Positions 11,468 to 25,900 of a DNA stretch of 64,000 bases are shown here, piece by piece. Every line of letters begins with the position of its first letter. Position 1 is the stretch's first letter. Made by a program: the position numbers and the translations under genes. The stretch is from assembly GCF_009914755.1 (NCBI RefSeq), contig NC_060945.1, one strand, 5' to 3'. The DNA is from the human T2T-CHM13v2.0 reference genome, Homo sapiens. The notes beneath the pieces were generated by a model. That model saw only the letters and a program-made list of their open reading frames with translations, searched no databases and was not told the origin of the DNA.

Positions 11468-14400
11468 ATGTCATTCCATTCTATTCCATTCAACTCCCTT
11501 CCGCTCCACTCCATTCCACTCAATTCAGTGCCAGTCCCGTCCAATGCATTACACTCCATTCCAGTAAATTCCACTCCACTCCATTCCATTCCACTCCATT
11601 CCTTTCCATTCTACTCCACTTCGTTCCACTCCACTCCACTCCACTAGATTCTACTCCTCTCCACTCCATTCCATTCCATTCCATTCAATTACATTCCAAT
11701 CCATTCTATTCCACTGGATTCCTTTCCTTTCCACTCCAGTCTATTCCACTCCTCTCCAGGCCACTCCACTCCACTCCATTCCATTCCAATCCACTCCACT
11801 CCATTCCATTCCACTCCAATGCTTTAAACTCTACTACAATCCATTCCACAGCACTCCACTCCTCTCAACTCCATTCCACTCCCCCCCACTCAATTCCACT
11901 CCACTCCTCTCCACTCCATTCCTTTCCATTCCACTCCATTCCATTCTATTCCACTCCACTCCATTCCACTCAACTCCATTCCACTCCACTATATTCCACT
12001 CCCCTCCACTCCATTCCATTCCATTCCATTCCAATCCATTCCTTTCCACTCGATTCTTTTCCATTCCACTCCAGTCTATTCCACTCCCCTCCACTCCATT
12101 CCACTCCACTTCATTCCATTCCACTCCACTCCACTGCACTCCATTCCACTCCATTTCTATCCATTCTATTCCATTCCACTCCACTCCACTCCAATCCCTT
12201 CCATTCCTTTCCACTGCACTCCAATCCGCACCACTCCATTCCATTCTATTCCAATCCCTTCAATTCCATTCCACTCCACTCCATTGCATTCTACTTCACT
12301 CCATCCCATTCCATTCCACTCCATTCCATTCCATTCCATTCCACTCCACTCCACAACACTCCATTCCATTCTACTTCATTCAACTCCACTCCACACCTTT
12401 CTATTCCATTCCACTAAATTCCACTCCCCTCCACTATACCCCACTACACTCAACTCCATTCCATTATATTCCACTCCACTCCATTCCACTCCAGTATGCT
12501 CCATTCTACTGCACCCCAATCCATTCCATTCCACCCAATTCCTTTCCACTCCACTCCATTCCACTCCTCTCCATTCCACTCCATTCCATTCCATTCCATT
12601 CCATTCCATTCCACTCCACTCCATTCCACTCCATTCCATTCCATTCCATTATACTACACTTCAGTCCATTCTATTCCATTCCATTACATTCCATTTTACA
12701 CCACTCCATTCCTTTCGTCTCCATTCCAATCTATTCCATGCCACTCCCTTCAATTCTACTAAACTCACTTCCATCCACTCCACTCCATTCCAGTCCATTC
12801 CAGTCCATTTCACTCCATTTCACTCCACTCCACTCCGTTCCATTTAATTGCACTCCAACCACTCCACTACTCTCTATTCCATTCCTTTAAATTCCATTGC
12901 ATTCCACTCCACTCCACTCCACCCCTCTCCACTCCACTCCATTCCATTCAATTCCACTCCAGTCCACTCCACTCCACTCCACTCAATTCCACTCCATTGC
13001 ACTCCCCTCCACTACATTCCGTTGCACTCCATTCCATTCCATTCCACTCCACTCCAATCAATTCCAATCCACTCCATTCCAATCCATTCCACTCCTTTCC
13101 ATTCCATGCATTTCCACTCTATTCCATTCCACTACACTCCATTCCATTCCACTCGAATACATTCTACTCCATTCCATTCGACTCCACTCAACTCCACTCC
13201 AATTCACTCCACTCCACTGCTTTCCATTCCATTCCACTCCACTCCATTCCATTCAATTCCATTCCATTCCACTCCACTCTATTTAATTCCACTCCATTCT
13301 AATCCATTCCAAGCCACTCCATTCCATTCCACTCCACTCCATTATATTCACCTCAACTCCATTCCATTCCACTCGTCTATTCCAATCCTCTCCACTCCAT
13401 TTCACTATATTCCCCTCCATTCCATTCCACTAGACTCCACTGCACTCCATTCCATTCCATTACATTCCTCTCCATTCCATTCCATTCCGTTCTATTCCAT
13501 TCCATTCCATTCCATTCTATTCCATTCCAATCAACTCCTTTCCATTCCATTCTATTCCATTCCACTCCATTCTATTCCTTTCCGTTCCATTCCACTACAC
13601 TCCACTTCATTCCAGTCCATTCCATTCCACTCCATTCCACAGCACTGATTCCACTGCATTCCACTACACTCCACTTCTCTCCACTCCACTCCATTCCATT
13701 CCAATGCACTCCACTCCACACCACTCAACTGCACTGCACTGCACTTTGTTCCATTCAATTCCTTGCGATTTCACTCCATTACATTCCATTCCACTCCACT
13801 CCAATCCACTCATCTCAACTCTGTTCCACTCCACTGCATTCCATTCCACTCCACTCCATTCTACTCCACTCCATTCCATTGCCTTGCAATCCACCCCATT
13901 GCTTTCCACCCCACTCCATTCCATTCCACTCCATTCCACTCCATTTCTCTAAAATCCATTCCATTCTACTCCACTCCATTCCATTCCAGTCCATTCCATT
14001 CCATTAAATTCCATTGAACTCCACTCCTTTCCATTGCATTCCAATCCACTCCATTCGATTCCATGCCATGCCATTCCATTCCAGTCCTCTCCAAATCCAT
14101 TCCATTCCATTCCATTCCTCTCCATTCCATTCCACTCCATTCCACAACACTCCAGTCCCTTTAACTGCACTACATTGCATTTCAATTCATTCCATTCCAT
14201 TCCAATTCATTCCTTTGCAATCCACTCCATTCCATTCCAGTCCAATCCATTTCATTCCAATCCATTCCACTCCACTACATTCCATTCCATTCCAATCCAC
14301 TCCAATCCATTCCACTCAATTGCCTTCCATTCGACTACATTGCATACAATTCCATCCCACTCCTTTCCATTCCTCTCCACTTCATTCCACTCCACAGCAC

Positions 14401-17400
14401 TACATTCCAATCCAATCTATTCCAATCCACTCCATTCCATTCCACTGCTTTCTACTCCACTCTGTTCCATTCCATTCCATTCCACTCCAGTCAAATCCAC
14501 TCCAATAGACACCACTCATCCACAGTCCACTCCAATCCATTCCATTCGATTCCTTGCCATTCCATTATATTCCATTCCACTCTTCAGCATTCCACCCCAC
14601 TCAAATCCGTTCCCCTCCACTGCATTCCTTTCCTCTCCCCTCCATTCCACTCCACTCCATTCCATTCCATTGCAATCCACTCCATTACACTCCACTCCAC
14701 TCCATTCCATTGAAGCCCATTCCATTGTACTCCACTGCATTACATTCTAGTCCGCTCCATTCCATTCCTTTCCATTCCACTCCACTCCACTTCATTCCAT
14801 TCCAATACATTCCATTCCACTCCACTCCAATGCATTCTACAGCATTCCACTGCACTCAACTCCATTCCTCTCCACTCTGCTGCAATCCATGTCATTCCAG
14901 TCCACTCCATTCCATTCCACTCCACTCCGCTCCATTCCACTCCACTTCATTCCGTTCCAATCCACTCCGTTCCATTCCACTCCACTCCATTCCATTCCAC
15001 TCAATTCCATTCCACTCCATTCTTATCCACTCCACTCCACTCCATTCCATTAAAATCCATTCACTTCTACTCTTCTCCATTCCATTCCAGTCTACTCTAT
15101 TCCATTCCATTCCATTCTATTCCATTCTACTCTACTCCATTCCATTGCATTCCAATCCACCCCATTCGATTCTATTCTTTCCATTCCATTCCAGTCCTCT
15201 CCATTCTATTCCATTCCACTCCACTCCATTCCACTTCACTACACTCAATTCCACTTCACTCCATTCCATTCCATTCCATTCCACTCCACACCATTCCATT
15301 CCATTCCATTGCATTCCGTTCCATTCCTGTCCCTTCCAGTCCACTCCTTTCCGATCCATTCCACTCCATTCCATTCCCCTCCATTGCCTTCCACTTCCAC
15401 TACATTCCATCCCACTCCATCCCACTCCATTCCATTCCTCTCCACTCCATTCCACTCCACTCCACTCCATTCCAATCCACTCGATTCTACTCCAATCCAT
15501 TCCAATCCCCTCCATTGCCTTCCCATCCACTACATTCCATACCATTACATCCCACTCCATTCCATTCCTCTCCACTCCATTCCACTCCACTCCACTCCAT
15601 TCCAATCCACTACATTCCACTCCACTCCATTCCAATCCAATGCCTTCCACTGCACTCCATTTCATTCCATTCCCTTCGACTCCATTCCAATCCACTCCAC
15701 TCCACACCACTCTACCGCAGTGCACTCCACTACATTCCATTCTATTCCCTTCCATTCCACTCCATTCCATTCCACTGCTCTCCATTCCACCCCACTCAAC
15801 TCCGTTCTACTCCATTGCATTCCATTCCACTCCACTCTATTCCATTCAACTCCATTCCATTTCATTGCAATCCACCTCATTGCATTCCACTCCTCTCCAT
15901 TCCATTGCACTCCACTCCATTGTACTCCATTCCATTCCATTCCACTCCATTGCATTCCACTTCATTCCACTCTACTATACTCCATTCCGTTAAAATCAAT
16001 TCCATTCTACTCCACTCCATTCCATTCCAGGCCACTCAATTCCATTCCATTCCATTCCACTCCACTCCAATCCATTCCACTCCATTCCACTCCACTCAAC
16101 TCCATTCCACTCCACTCCATTCCACTCCACTCCATTGCAGTATATTCCAATCCACCTCACTCCATTCCATTCCACTCCACTCCGTTCCATTCCGCTCCAC
16201 TCCACTCCATTGCATTCCACTGCACTAATCTCCATTCCACTCCACTCCATTCAACACCACTCCTTTCCATTCCATTCCACTGCCGTCCACCCTACTACAC
16301 TCTATTTCACTCCATTCCACTCCACTCCACTCAAATCCATTCCACTCCATTCCATTCCATTCCACTCCACTGCATTCCATTCCACTCCACTCCATTCCTT
16401 TCCAGTGCATTCCATTCTATTCCATTTCATTCCACCCCATTCCATTCGCTTCCATTCCATTCCTTTCCACTCCACTCCATTCCACTCCACTCAACTCCGT
16501 TCCACTCCACTGCATTACATTCCACTCCACTGCATTCCATTCCATTGCAATCCAGTCCCTTCCATTCCACTCCACTCCATTACATTCCTCTCCACTCCAT
16601 TCCATTCCACTCCATACCATTCCACTCCATTTCACTCCATTCAATTCTGATCCATTTCATTCTACTCCACTCCTTTGCAATCCAGTCCACTCCATTACAC
16701 TCCATTATATTATACCCCACTCCTTTCCATTCCATTCCACTCCGCTGCATTCGATTCGATTCCATTCCATTCCTTTCCATTCCACTCCTCTCCATTCCAT
16801 TCCACTCCATTCATCTCCACTCCACTCCATTCCACTTCACTACTCTCCATTCCAATCCACTCCATTCCATTCCAGTCCAATTCATTCCATTCCATTACAT
16901 TCCACTCCACTCCATTTCATTCCACTCCACTTCGCTCCATTCCATTCCACTCCACTCCATTCCATCCCACTCCACTCCACACAATTCCACTCCATTCCAC
17001 TCCACTTCATTCCATTCCGCTCCATTGCATTCAACTCCATTCCACTCCATTCCCCTCCACTCCTCTCCATTCCACTCCACTCCTCTTAATTTCACTTAAT
17101 TTCACTCTACTCCATTGCATTCCACTCCATTCCCCTCCACTCCTCTCCATTCCCCTCCACTCCACCGAAATAGATTCCATTCCACACCACTCCATTCCAT
17201 TCAACTCTTCTCAGTACCGTTTCACTCCACTCCACTCCATTCCATTCCAATTGATTCCACTCCACTCCGTTCCATTGCAGTCCACTCCATGCCACTCTTT
17301 TCCTCTCCATTCCACTCCACTCCAATCCATTCCAATCCATTCCATTCCACTCCACTCCATTCAATTCCATTGCACTCCACTCCAATGCACTCCACTCTAT

Positions 17401-20400
17401 TTCACTCCACTCCACTCCATTACACTCAAATCAGTTCCACTCCATTCCACTGCACTCCATTTCTTTCCACTCTACTCCATTCCATTCCAATACTTTCCAT
17501 TGTATTCTGTTCCATTCCACTCCATTCCATTCCCTTCCATTCCGTTCCTTTCCCTACATCTCCACACCACTCCATTCCACTCCGTTGCATTCCACTCCAC
17601 TCCATAGCATACTATACCATTCCAATGCATTCCACTCCACTCTACTCCATTCCCATCAACTCCATTCCAGTACACTCTATTCCACTCGACTCCACTTGAT
17701 TCCACTCCACTCCTTTCCACTCCGTTCCGTTCAATTCCATTTGATTCCATTCCATTGCATTCCAATCCACTACACTCCATATCACTCTGCTGCAATGCAC
17801 TCCACTCCATTCCATTCCATTCCTTCCCATTCCATTCCATTCCGGTCCGTTCCATTCCACTCGATTCCATTCTCTTCGATTCCATTCCCTTCCACCACAG
17901 TCAACTCCATTCCTTCACATTCCATTCTACTCCACTCCATTACATTCCACTCCACTCCACTCCATTCCGTTCCACACCACTCCCCTCCATTCCACTCCAC
18001 TCCATTCAATTCCACTTCATTCCACTCCACTCCAGTCCGTTCCAATCCACTCCACTCCATTCCACTCCACTCCACACAATTCCACTCCATTCCACTCCAC
18101 TCCATTGCACTCCAAGCCATTCCATTCCACTCTACTTCATTCCATTTGACTCCACTACACTCCTCTCCATTCCAGTCCACTACACTCCACTCCACTCTTC
18201 TCCACTCCACTGCATTCCATTCCTGTTCATTCCACTCCACTCCACTCCATTCCACTGCACTCCATTCCATTCCACTCCACTCCATTCCATTCCACTCCAC
18301 TCCAATGCACTTCGCTGCATTCCATTTCACTTCAATCCACTCCCCTCCAATGTACTCCACTCCACTCCATTCAGTTCCACTCCACTCCATTCCATTCCAC
18401 TCCACTCCATACCATTCCACTCTATTCCACTCCACTCCAGTTCATTCCACTCCATTCCACTCCACCTCATTCCACTCCATTCAAGTCCATTCCATTCCAC
18501 TGTTCTCAATTGCACTCTACTCCATTCCATTTTTCTACACTTCATGCCATTCCTCTCCACTCCATTGCACTCCATTCCATGCTACTCCATTCCATTTGAT
18601 TCCCCTCCACTCCAATTTATTCGACTCCACTGCATTCCATTTCATTCTATTCCACTCCACTCCATTCCTTTCCACTCCATTCCACTCCACTCCACTCCAA
18701 TCCACTCCAACACACTCCACACCAGTCCATTCCACTCCATTCGAAAACGCTCTATTGCACTCCATTCCACTCCACTCCGCTCTACTCCCCACCACTCCAC
18801 TCCATTCCTGTCCTTTTCAATCCACGCCACTCCATTCCACTCCACTCCATTCCATTCCACTCCAGTGCACTCCATTCCACTCCGCTCTACTATTCTCCAC
18901 TCCACTCCGTTTTATTCCACTCCATTCCATTTCATTCCACTCCACTGCATTCCATTCCATTCCACTCCTTTCCATTCCACTCCACTCCATTCCATTCCAC
19001 TCCGTTCCACTCCACTCTTCTCGATTCCACTCCACCCCATTCCATTCCACACCCTCCACTCCATTCCACTCTATTCCACACCATTCCATTTCATTCCTCT
19101 CCAATCCACTGCACTCCACTCCACTCCACTCCACTCCACTCTATTCCACTCCACTCCATTCCATTCCATTCCATTCCAATCCATTCCATTCCACTCCACT
19201 CCATTCCATTCCACTCCACTCTACGCCATTCCTCTCCGCTCCATTCCATTCCACACTCTCCACTCCTTTCCACATCATTCCATTCTACTACACTCCTTTC
19301 CACTCCATTCCATTCCTCTCCACTCCACTTTACTCCACTACACACCATTCCATTCCATACCATTGCTTGCCATACCATTCCTTTCCATTCCTTTCAACTC
19401 ACTCCATTCCAGTCTGCTCCAATATGGTCCACTCCACTCCATTCATTTCCTCTCCACTCCATTCCATTCCACTCCATTCCATTCCATTACATTCCACTCC
19501 ACTGCATTCCGTTCCATTCCATTCCATGCCACTCCTTTCCGTTTCATTACATTTCACTCCATTCCATTCAACTCCACTCCATTCCATTCCAGTCCACTCA
19601 ACTCCTTTCACATCCACTCAATTCCACTCCACTCCAATCCATTCCATACCATCCCTCTCCATTCCATTCCATTCCACTCCATTCCATTCCACTCCACTCC
19701 TTTCCACTCCATTTCACTCCATTCCATTCCATGCCATTCTTTTCCATTCCGTTCCATACATTTCTACATAATTCCTTTCTATTCCATTCCACTATACTCC
19801 ATTCGATTTCACTCCAGTATTCTCCATTCCACTCCATTCCATTCCAATCCATTCCATTGCAGTTCACTACATTCCATTCCACTCCATTACATTCAACTCC
19901 TTTTAACTCCGCTGCACTCCATTTCACTCTGCTCCTCTCTACTCCACTCTACTCTTCATTACTCCATTCTATACCATTATACTCCACTTCCTCCACTCCA
20001 CTCCATTCCATTGATCTCCACTCCATTCCATTCCATTCCATTCCACTCCATTCCTCTCAACTTCACTGCATTCTATTCCACACCAGTTCGTTCCATTCCA
20101 TTCCATTATACTCCATTCCATTCCATTCCATGGCTCTGCATTCGATTCCAATCCATTCTATTCCTTTCGATTCCACTCTACTCAGTTCCATTCCTTTTCG
20201 TTCCATTCCATTCCATTCCATTCCATTCCATTCCATTCCATGCCATTCCACTCTACTCGACTCCATTCCAGTCCACTCCATTCAACTCCACTCCATTCCA
20301 TTTCATTCCATTCCACTCGATTCCAATCCACTCCACTCCATTCCATTCCACTCGACTCCATTCAACTCCACTCCATTCTAGTCCACTCCACACAACTCCA

Positions 20401-22895
20401 CTGCACTCCAATACACTCCATTCCATTCCTTTCCATTCCATTCAGTTCCTTTCCTCTCCATTCCTTTCCAATCCATTCCATTGCACTCCACACCACTCCA
20501 CTGCATTCCACTCCAGTCCCCTCCATTTTACCCCCCTCCATTCCATTCCACTCCACTCCACGCTCCTCTAATCTACTCCACTCCATTCCATTCCACCCCA
20601 CACCGTTTTATTCCTATCCACTCCAGTTTATTTCTCTCCACTCCATTCCATTCCACTCAATTCCTTTCTATTCCACTCCCATCTATTCCATTCCATTCCA
20701 TTCCATTCAATTCCCTTACTTTCCAGTCCATTTCATTCCATTCCTCTCCACTCCATTCCACTCCATTCCATTCCTTTCCTTTCCATTCCATTACATTCCA
20801 TTGCAGTTCATTCCATTCCATTGCAATCCAATTCATTTAACTGCTCTCCATTCCACTACATTCCATTCCACTCCACTCCACTCCACTCCATTCCACTCCA
20901 ATCCAATCCATTGAATTCCAATCCATTCCATTCCACTCCACTCCACTCCATTGCATTCCACTTGACTCCACTTCACTCCACTCCATTCCATTCCATTCCT
21001 TTCCATTCGATAACTGTCTACTCCATTCCTTTCCAATTCATTCCATTTCACTCCATTCGATTCTGCTCCACTCCACTCCCTTCCACTCCATTCCACTCCA
21101 TTGTACTCCATTCCATTCCATTCCACTCCAAAACATCCCATTCCACTCCTCTCAATTTCACTCCACTCCATTGCATTCCACTCCATTCCACTCCACTGCC
21201 CTCCGTTACACTGCACTCCATTCAATTCCTTTCCACTCCACTGCTCTCCAGCGCACTCCACTCCACTCCATTCCACTACGCTGTGCTCCACTCGACTTCG
21301 TCTATCTCCACTCCATTCACTTCCATTCCATTCCACAGCACTCCACTCCACTCCACTGCATTCCATTTCACACCACTCCATTCTATCCCTTTCCATTCCA
21401 TTCCATTCCATTCCAATTCTCTCCATTCCATTCCATACCATTCCACTCCACTCCACTCTACTCCATATCCCACCATTCCACTCCATTCCATTTCATGTCA
21501 TTCCAGTTCATTCCACTCCACTCCATTCCAATCTACTCCATTTCATTCCATTGCATTCCACTCCATTGCATTCCACTCCACTCCATTCCATTCCACTCCA
21601 TTGCATTCCACTCCACTCCATGCCATTCCACTACATTCCACTCCACTCCACTCCATTCCATTCCACTCCATTCCACTCCACTCCACTCCATTCCTTCCTA
21701 CTCCATTCCATTCCACTACACTCCATTCCATTCACTCCATTTCATTCCACTCCATTACACTCCACAGCAGTCCACTCTTCTCCACTCCACCCCATTCAGT
21801 TCCAGTCCACTTCTTGCCATTCCATTCAATTCCACTCCTCTCCACTCCACTCCACTTCATTCCATTCTACTCCATTACACTCAATTCTACTACGTTCCAC
21901 TCCACTCCATTCCATTCCCCTCCATTCCATCCACTCAACTCTATTCAACTGCACTCCATTGCATTCCTCTCCAATACACTCTACTCCTCTCCATTCCGTT
22001 TTATTGCATTCCATTCCACTCCACTCCACTCCATTCCATTCCACTCAATTCCAATTAAATCCATCCCATTGCATTGCATTCCATTCCATTCCACTCCGCT
22101 CCATTCTACTCCACTCCACTCCACTCCATTCCATTCCAATCGATTACACTCCATCCCAATCCACTCCACTCCATTCCATTCCACTCCACTCCATTACACT
22201 CCACTCCATTACTTTTCATTCCTTTTCACTACACTCCAATCCAATGAACTCCACTCCATACTATTTCATTGCATCCCGTTCCACTCTACTGCATTCCATT
22301 CCACTCCATTCCACTCCACTCCACTCGTTTCCTCTCCATTCCACTCCATTCCAGTCCACTCTGATCCATTCCATTCCATTTAATTCCATTCCATTCCGTT
22401 CCACTCCATGCCATTCCATTCCTCTCCTCTCCCCTCCATTCCACTCCATCCACTCCATTCCACTCCACTCCATTCCACTCCATTCCATTCCACTCCACTC
22501 TAATCCATTCCACTCCACTCTACTCCAAACTATTCCATTGCATTGCATTCCATTGCATTCCATTCCATTTCATTCCATTCCATTCCATTCCATTATATTG
22601 CATTGCATTTCACGCCTTTCCAGTCCACCTCTCTCCACTCCATTCCACTCCATTCCACTCCATTCCATTCCATTCGACTCCATTCCATTCCATTACACTC
22701 CATTACACTCCGCTCCATTCCACTCAACCCCATTAAACCCCATTCCACTAGACTCCACTCTATTCCATTCCTTTCCACTCCATTCAATTCCATTCTATTC
22801 CACTCAACTCCATTCCATTCTATTTCAACCTAACCCCATTCATTCAACTCTATTCCATTCCATTCTATACCATTCCATTCCATTACATTCAAGTA

Positions 22896-22980
22896 CACTC
22901 CATTTCATTCCATTCCATTAAAGTCGATCCCATACCACTCCATTTCATTCCATTCCATTAAAGTCGATCCCATACCACTC
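22896..22980 (+). repeat. 40-bp perfect tandem duplication
   Basis: CACTCCATTTCATTCCATTCCATTAAAGTCGATCCCATAC occurs twice, at 22896 and 22936. Confidence 0.92.
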
Positions 22981-25900
22981 CACTCCATTCCATTCCACTC
23001 TACTCCTTCCACTCCATTCCACTCGATTGCACTCGATTCCATTCCACTCCACTCCATTCAATGAAACGCCAATCTTCTCCACACTATTCCATTCCATTCC
23101 ACTACATTCCATTCCACTCCATTCCATTCAGCAACACTCCATTCCATTCCACTCCAGTCCATTCCATTCCTCTCCACTCCATTCCATTCCACTCCACTCT
23201 ACTCCAAACTGTTCAATTCTATTCCATTCTATTCCATAACATTCCATTCCACTCCATTCAATTCCACAATTCTGTATTCCATTCCACTCCATTTCACTTC
23301 ACTCCACTCATTTCTACTACACTCCATTCCATTCCTCACAAGTCCACTCCACTACACCCCACTCCTTTCCATTTCACTCCATTCCAATCCACTCCACTCC
23401 ACTGCACTCCACTCTACTCCATTCCATTCCATTCGATTACACTCCATTCCATTCAACTCCTCTCCATTCCATTCGACTCCACTCCTCTCCACTCCACTCA
23501 ATTCAACTCCCTTCCATTCCACTACACTTCACTCCAGTGCACTCCACTCCATTCTACTCCACTCCTTTCCATTCTGTCCCATTTCATTCCACTCCTTTCC
23601 TTTCCATTATATTGTATTCCACTGCACGCTTTTGCATTCTACTCAACTCCAATCCATTCCACTCCATTCCACTACATTTCATTCCTTTCGACTCCATTCC
23701 ATTTCACTGCACTCCATTACACTCCACTCCATTCCTCTCCAATCCACTCCACTTCATTCCTCTAGACTCCACTCCAGTCCATTCCTTTCCACTCCTTTCC
23801 ATTCCATTCCACTCCACTCCATGCCATTCTTTTCCACCCCAAACCATTTCATTCAACTCTCTTCCATTCAATTCCATACCATTCCATTCCATTCCTTTCA
23901 AGTCCACTTCATTTCATTCAAATGCATTAAAATCCATTCTATTCAACTCCACTCCACTCCATTCCACTCCAATCCATTCCACACCATTCCATTCCACTCC
24001 ACTCCTCTCAATTCCACTCCACTCTTCTCCACACTATTCCATTCCATTCCTCTACATTCCATTCCACTCCATTCCATTCCACTCCATTCCATTCAACAAC
24101 ACTCCATTCCATTCCACTACATTCTATTCCAATCTACTGCACTCCACTCCATTCCACTACACTCCATTCTACTCCAATCCACTCCCATTCACTCCAGCAC
24201 ACTCCATTCCACTCCGCTACTATCCACTCCAATACATTCCACTCCATTCCATTCCATTCCATTCCCTTTCACTCCATTCCATTCCACTCTTCTCCATTCC
24301 ACTCCATTCCATTACACTGCACTAGACTCCGCTGCACTCCACTCAGTTCCATTCCATTCCATCCCTTTCCACTCCACTCCATTCCATTGCACTCCCTTCC
24401 AATCTACTCCACTCCATTCCACTCCATTCCACTCCTTTAAATTCCACTGCTTTCCATTCCATTCCACTCCAGTCCACTCCATTAAACTCAATTCCATTCA
24501 TCTCCATTCCATTCGATTCCTCTCCACTCCTTTACATTTCATTCCATTGCACTCTATTCCATTCCATTCTATTCCATTCCATTCCTTTCCCATCGATTCG
24601 ATTCGATTCCATTCCATTCTATTCCATTCCATTCCACTCCACAACCCTCTAATCCACTCCAGTGCATTCCAATCCACTCAACAGCACTCCATTCCATTCC
24701 ACTCCTTTCCATTCATTTTCTCTCCACTCCACACCCCTGCACTCCATTCCATTCCACTCCATTCCATTCCACTCCCATCCACTCAATTTTATTCCACTCC
24801 ACTGCATTATATTCCACTCCATTCTACTACATTACTTTCCCCTTCACTCCATTATATTCCACACCACTGCATTTTATACCTCTCCAATCAACTCCATTCC
24901 ACTCCACTTCAATCCTCTCCACTCCATTGAACTCCAAGCCACTGCATTCCAATCCATTGCATTCCATGCCATTCCACTCCATTCCATTCCAATCCATTCC
25001 ATTCAATTCCACTCCACACCACTCCAATCCACTCCACTCCTGTCCATTCCAATCCACTCGATTCCATTCCATTCCATTCCATACCATTGCACCCAACTCC
25101 ACTCCACTCCATTTCATTCCGTTCCATTCCATTCCATTTTACTCCATTCAATTGCACTCCATTCGCTTCCTCTCCACTCCGTTTAATTCTGCTCTACTCC
25201 ATTCCATTCGACTCCACTCGACTCCAATCCACTCCACTCCATTCCATTTCATTTCATTCAATTTCACTCCACTATACTCTACTCACTTCCATTCCATTCC
25301 ATTCCATTCCACTCCTCTCCACTACACTCCATTCCATTCCACTCCATTCCATTCAATTCTACTCCACTCCACTCCACTCCATTTCACTCTATTCCACTCC
25401 CTTCCATTCCATTCCAATCCATTCCATTCCACTGCACCCCATTCCACTCCACTCCATTCAATTCCACTCCAATCCACTCAATTCCATACCATTCCACTCC
25501 ACTCCATTCCATCCCACTCCATTCCAGTGCACTACACTCCATTCCACTCCACTCCATTCCATTCCACTCCACTCCACCATGCTCTACTACACTCCTTTCC
25601 ACTCCACTCTACTACACTCTACTACACTCCACTCCATTCCATTCCAGTCTACTTTCCGGTCCACTCCAATCCATTCCACTAAATTCCCTTCCATTCCACT
25701 CCACTCCATTCCATTCCTCTCCCCTCCATTCAATTGAAATCCACTCGAATCACTTCCACTCCATTCCACTCCACTCCATTCCACTCCAATCCAATCCATT
25801 CCACTCCACTCCACTCAATTCCACTCCTCTCCACTGAATACCACTCCATTCCACTCCACTCCCTTCCAGAACATTCCACCTCATTCCTCTCGAATCCATT

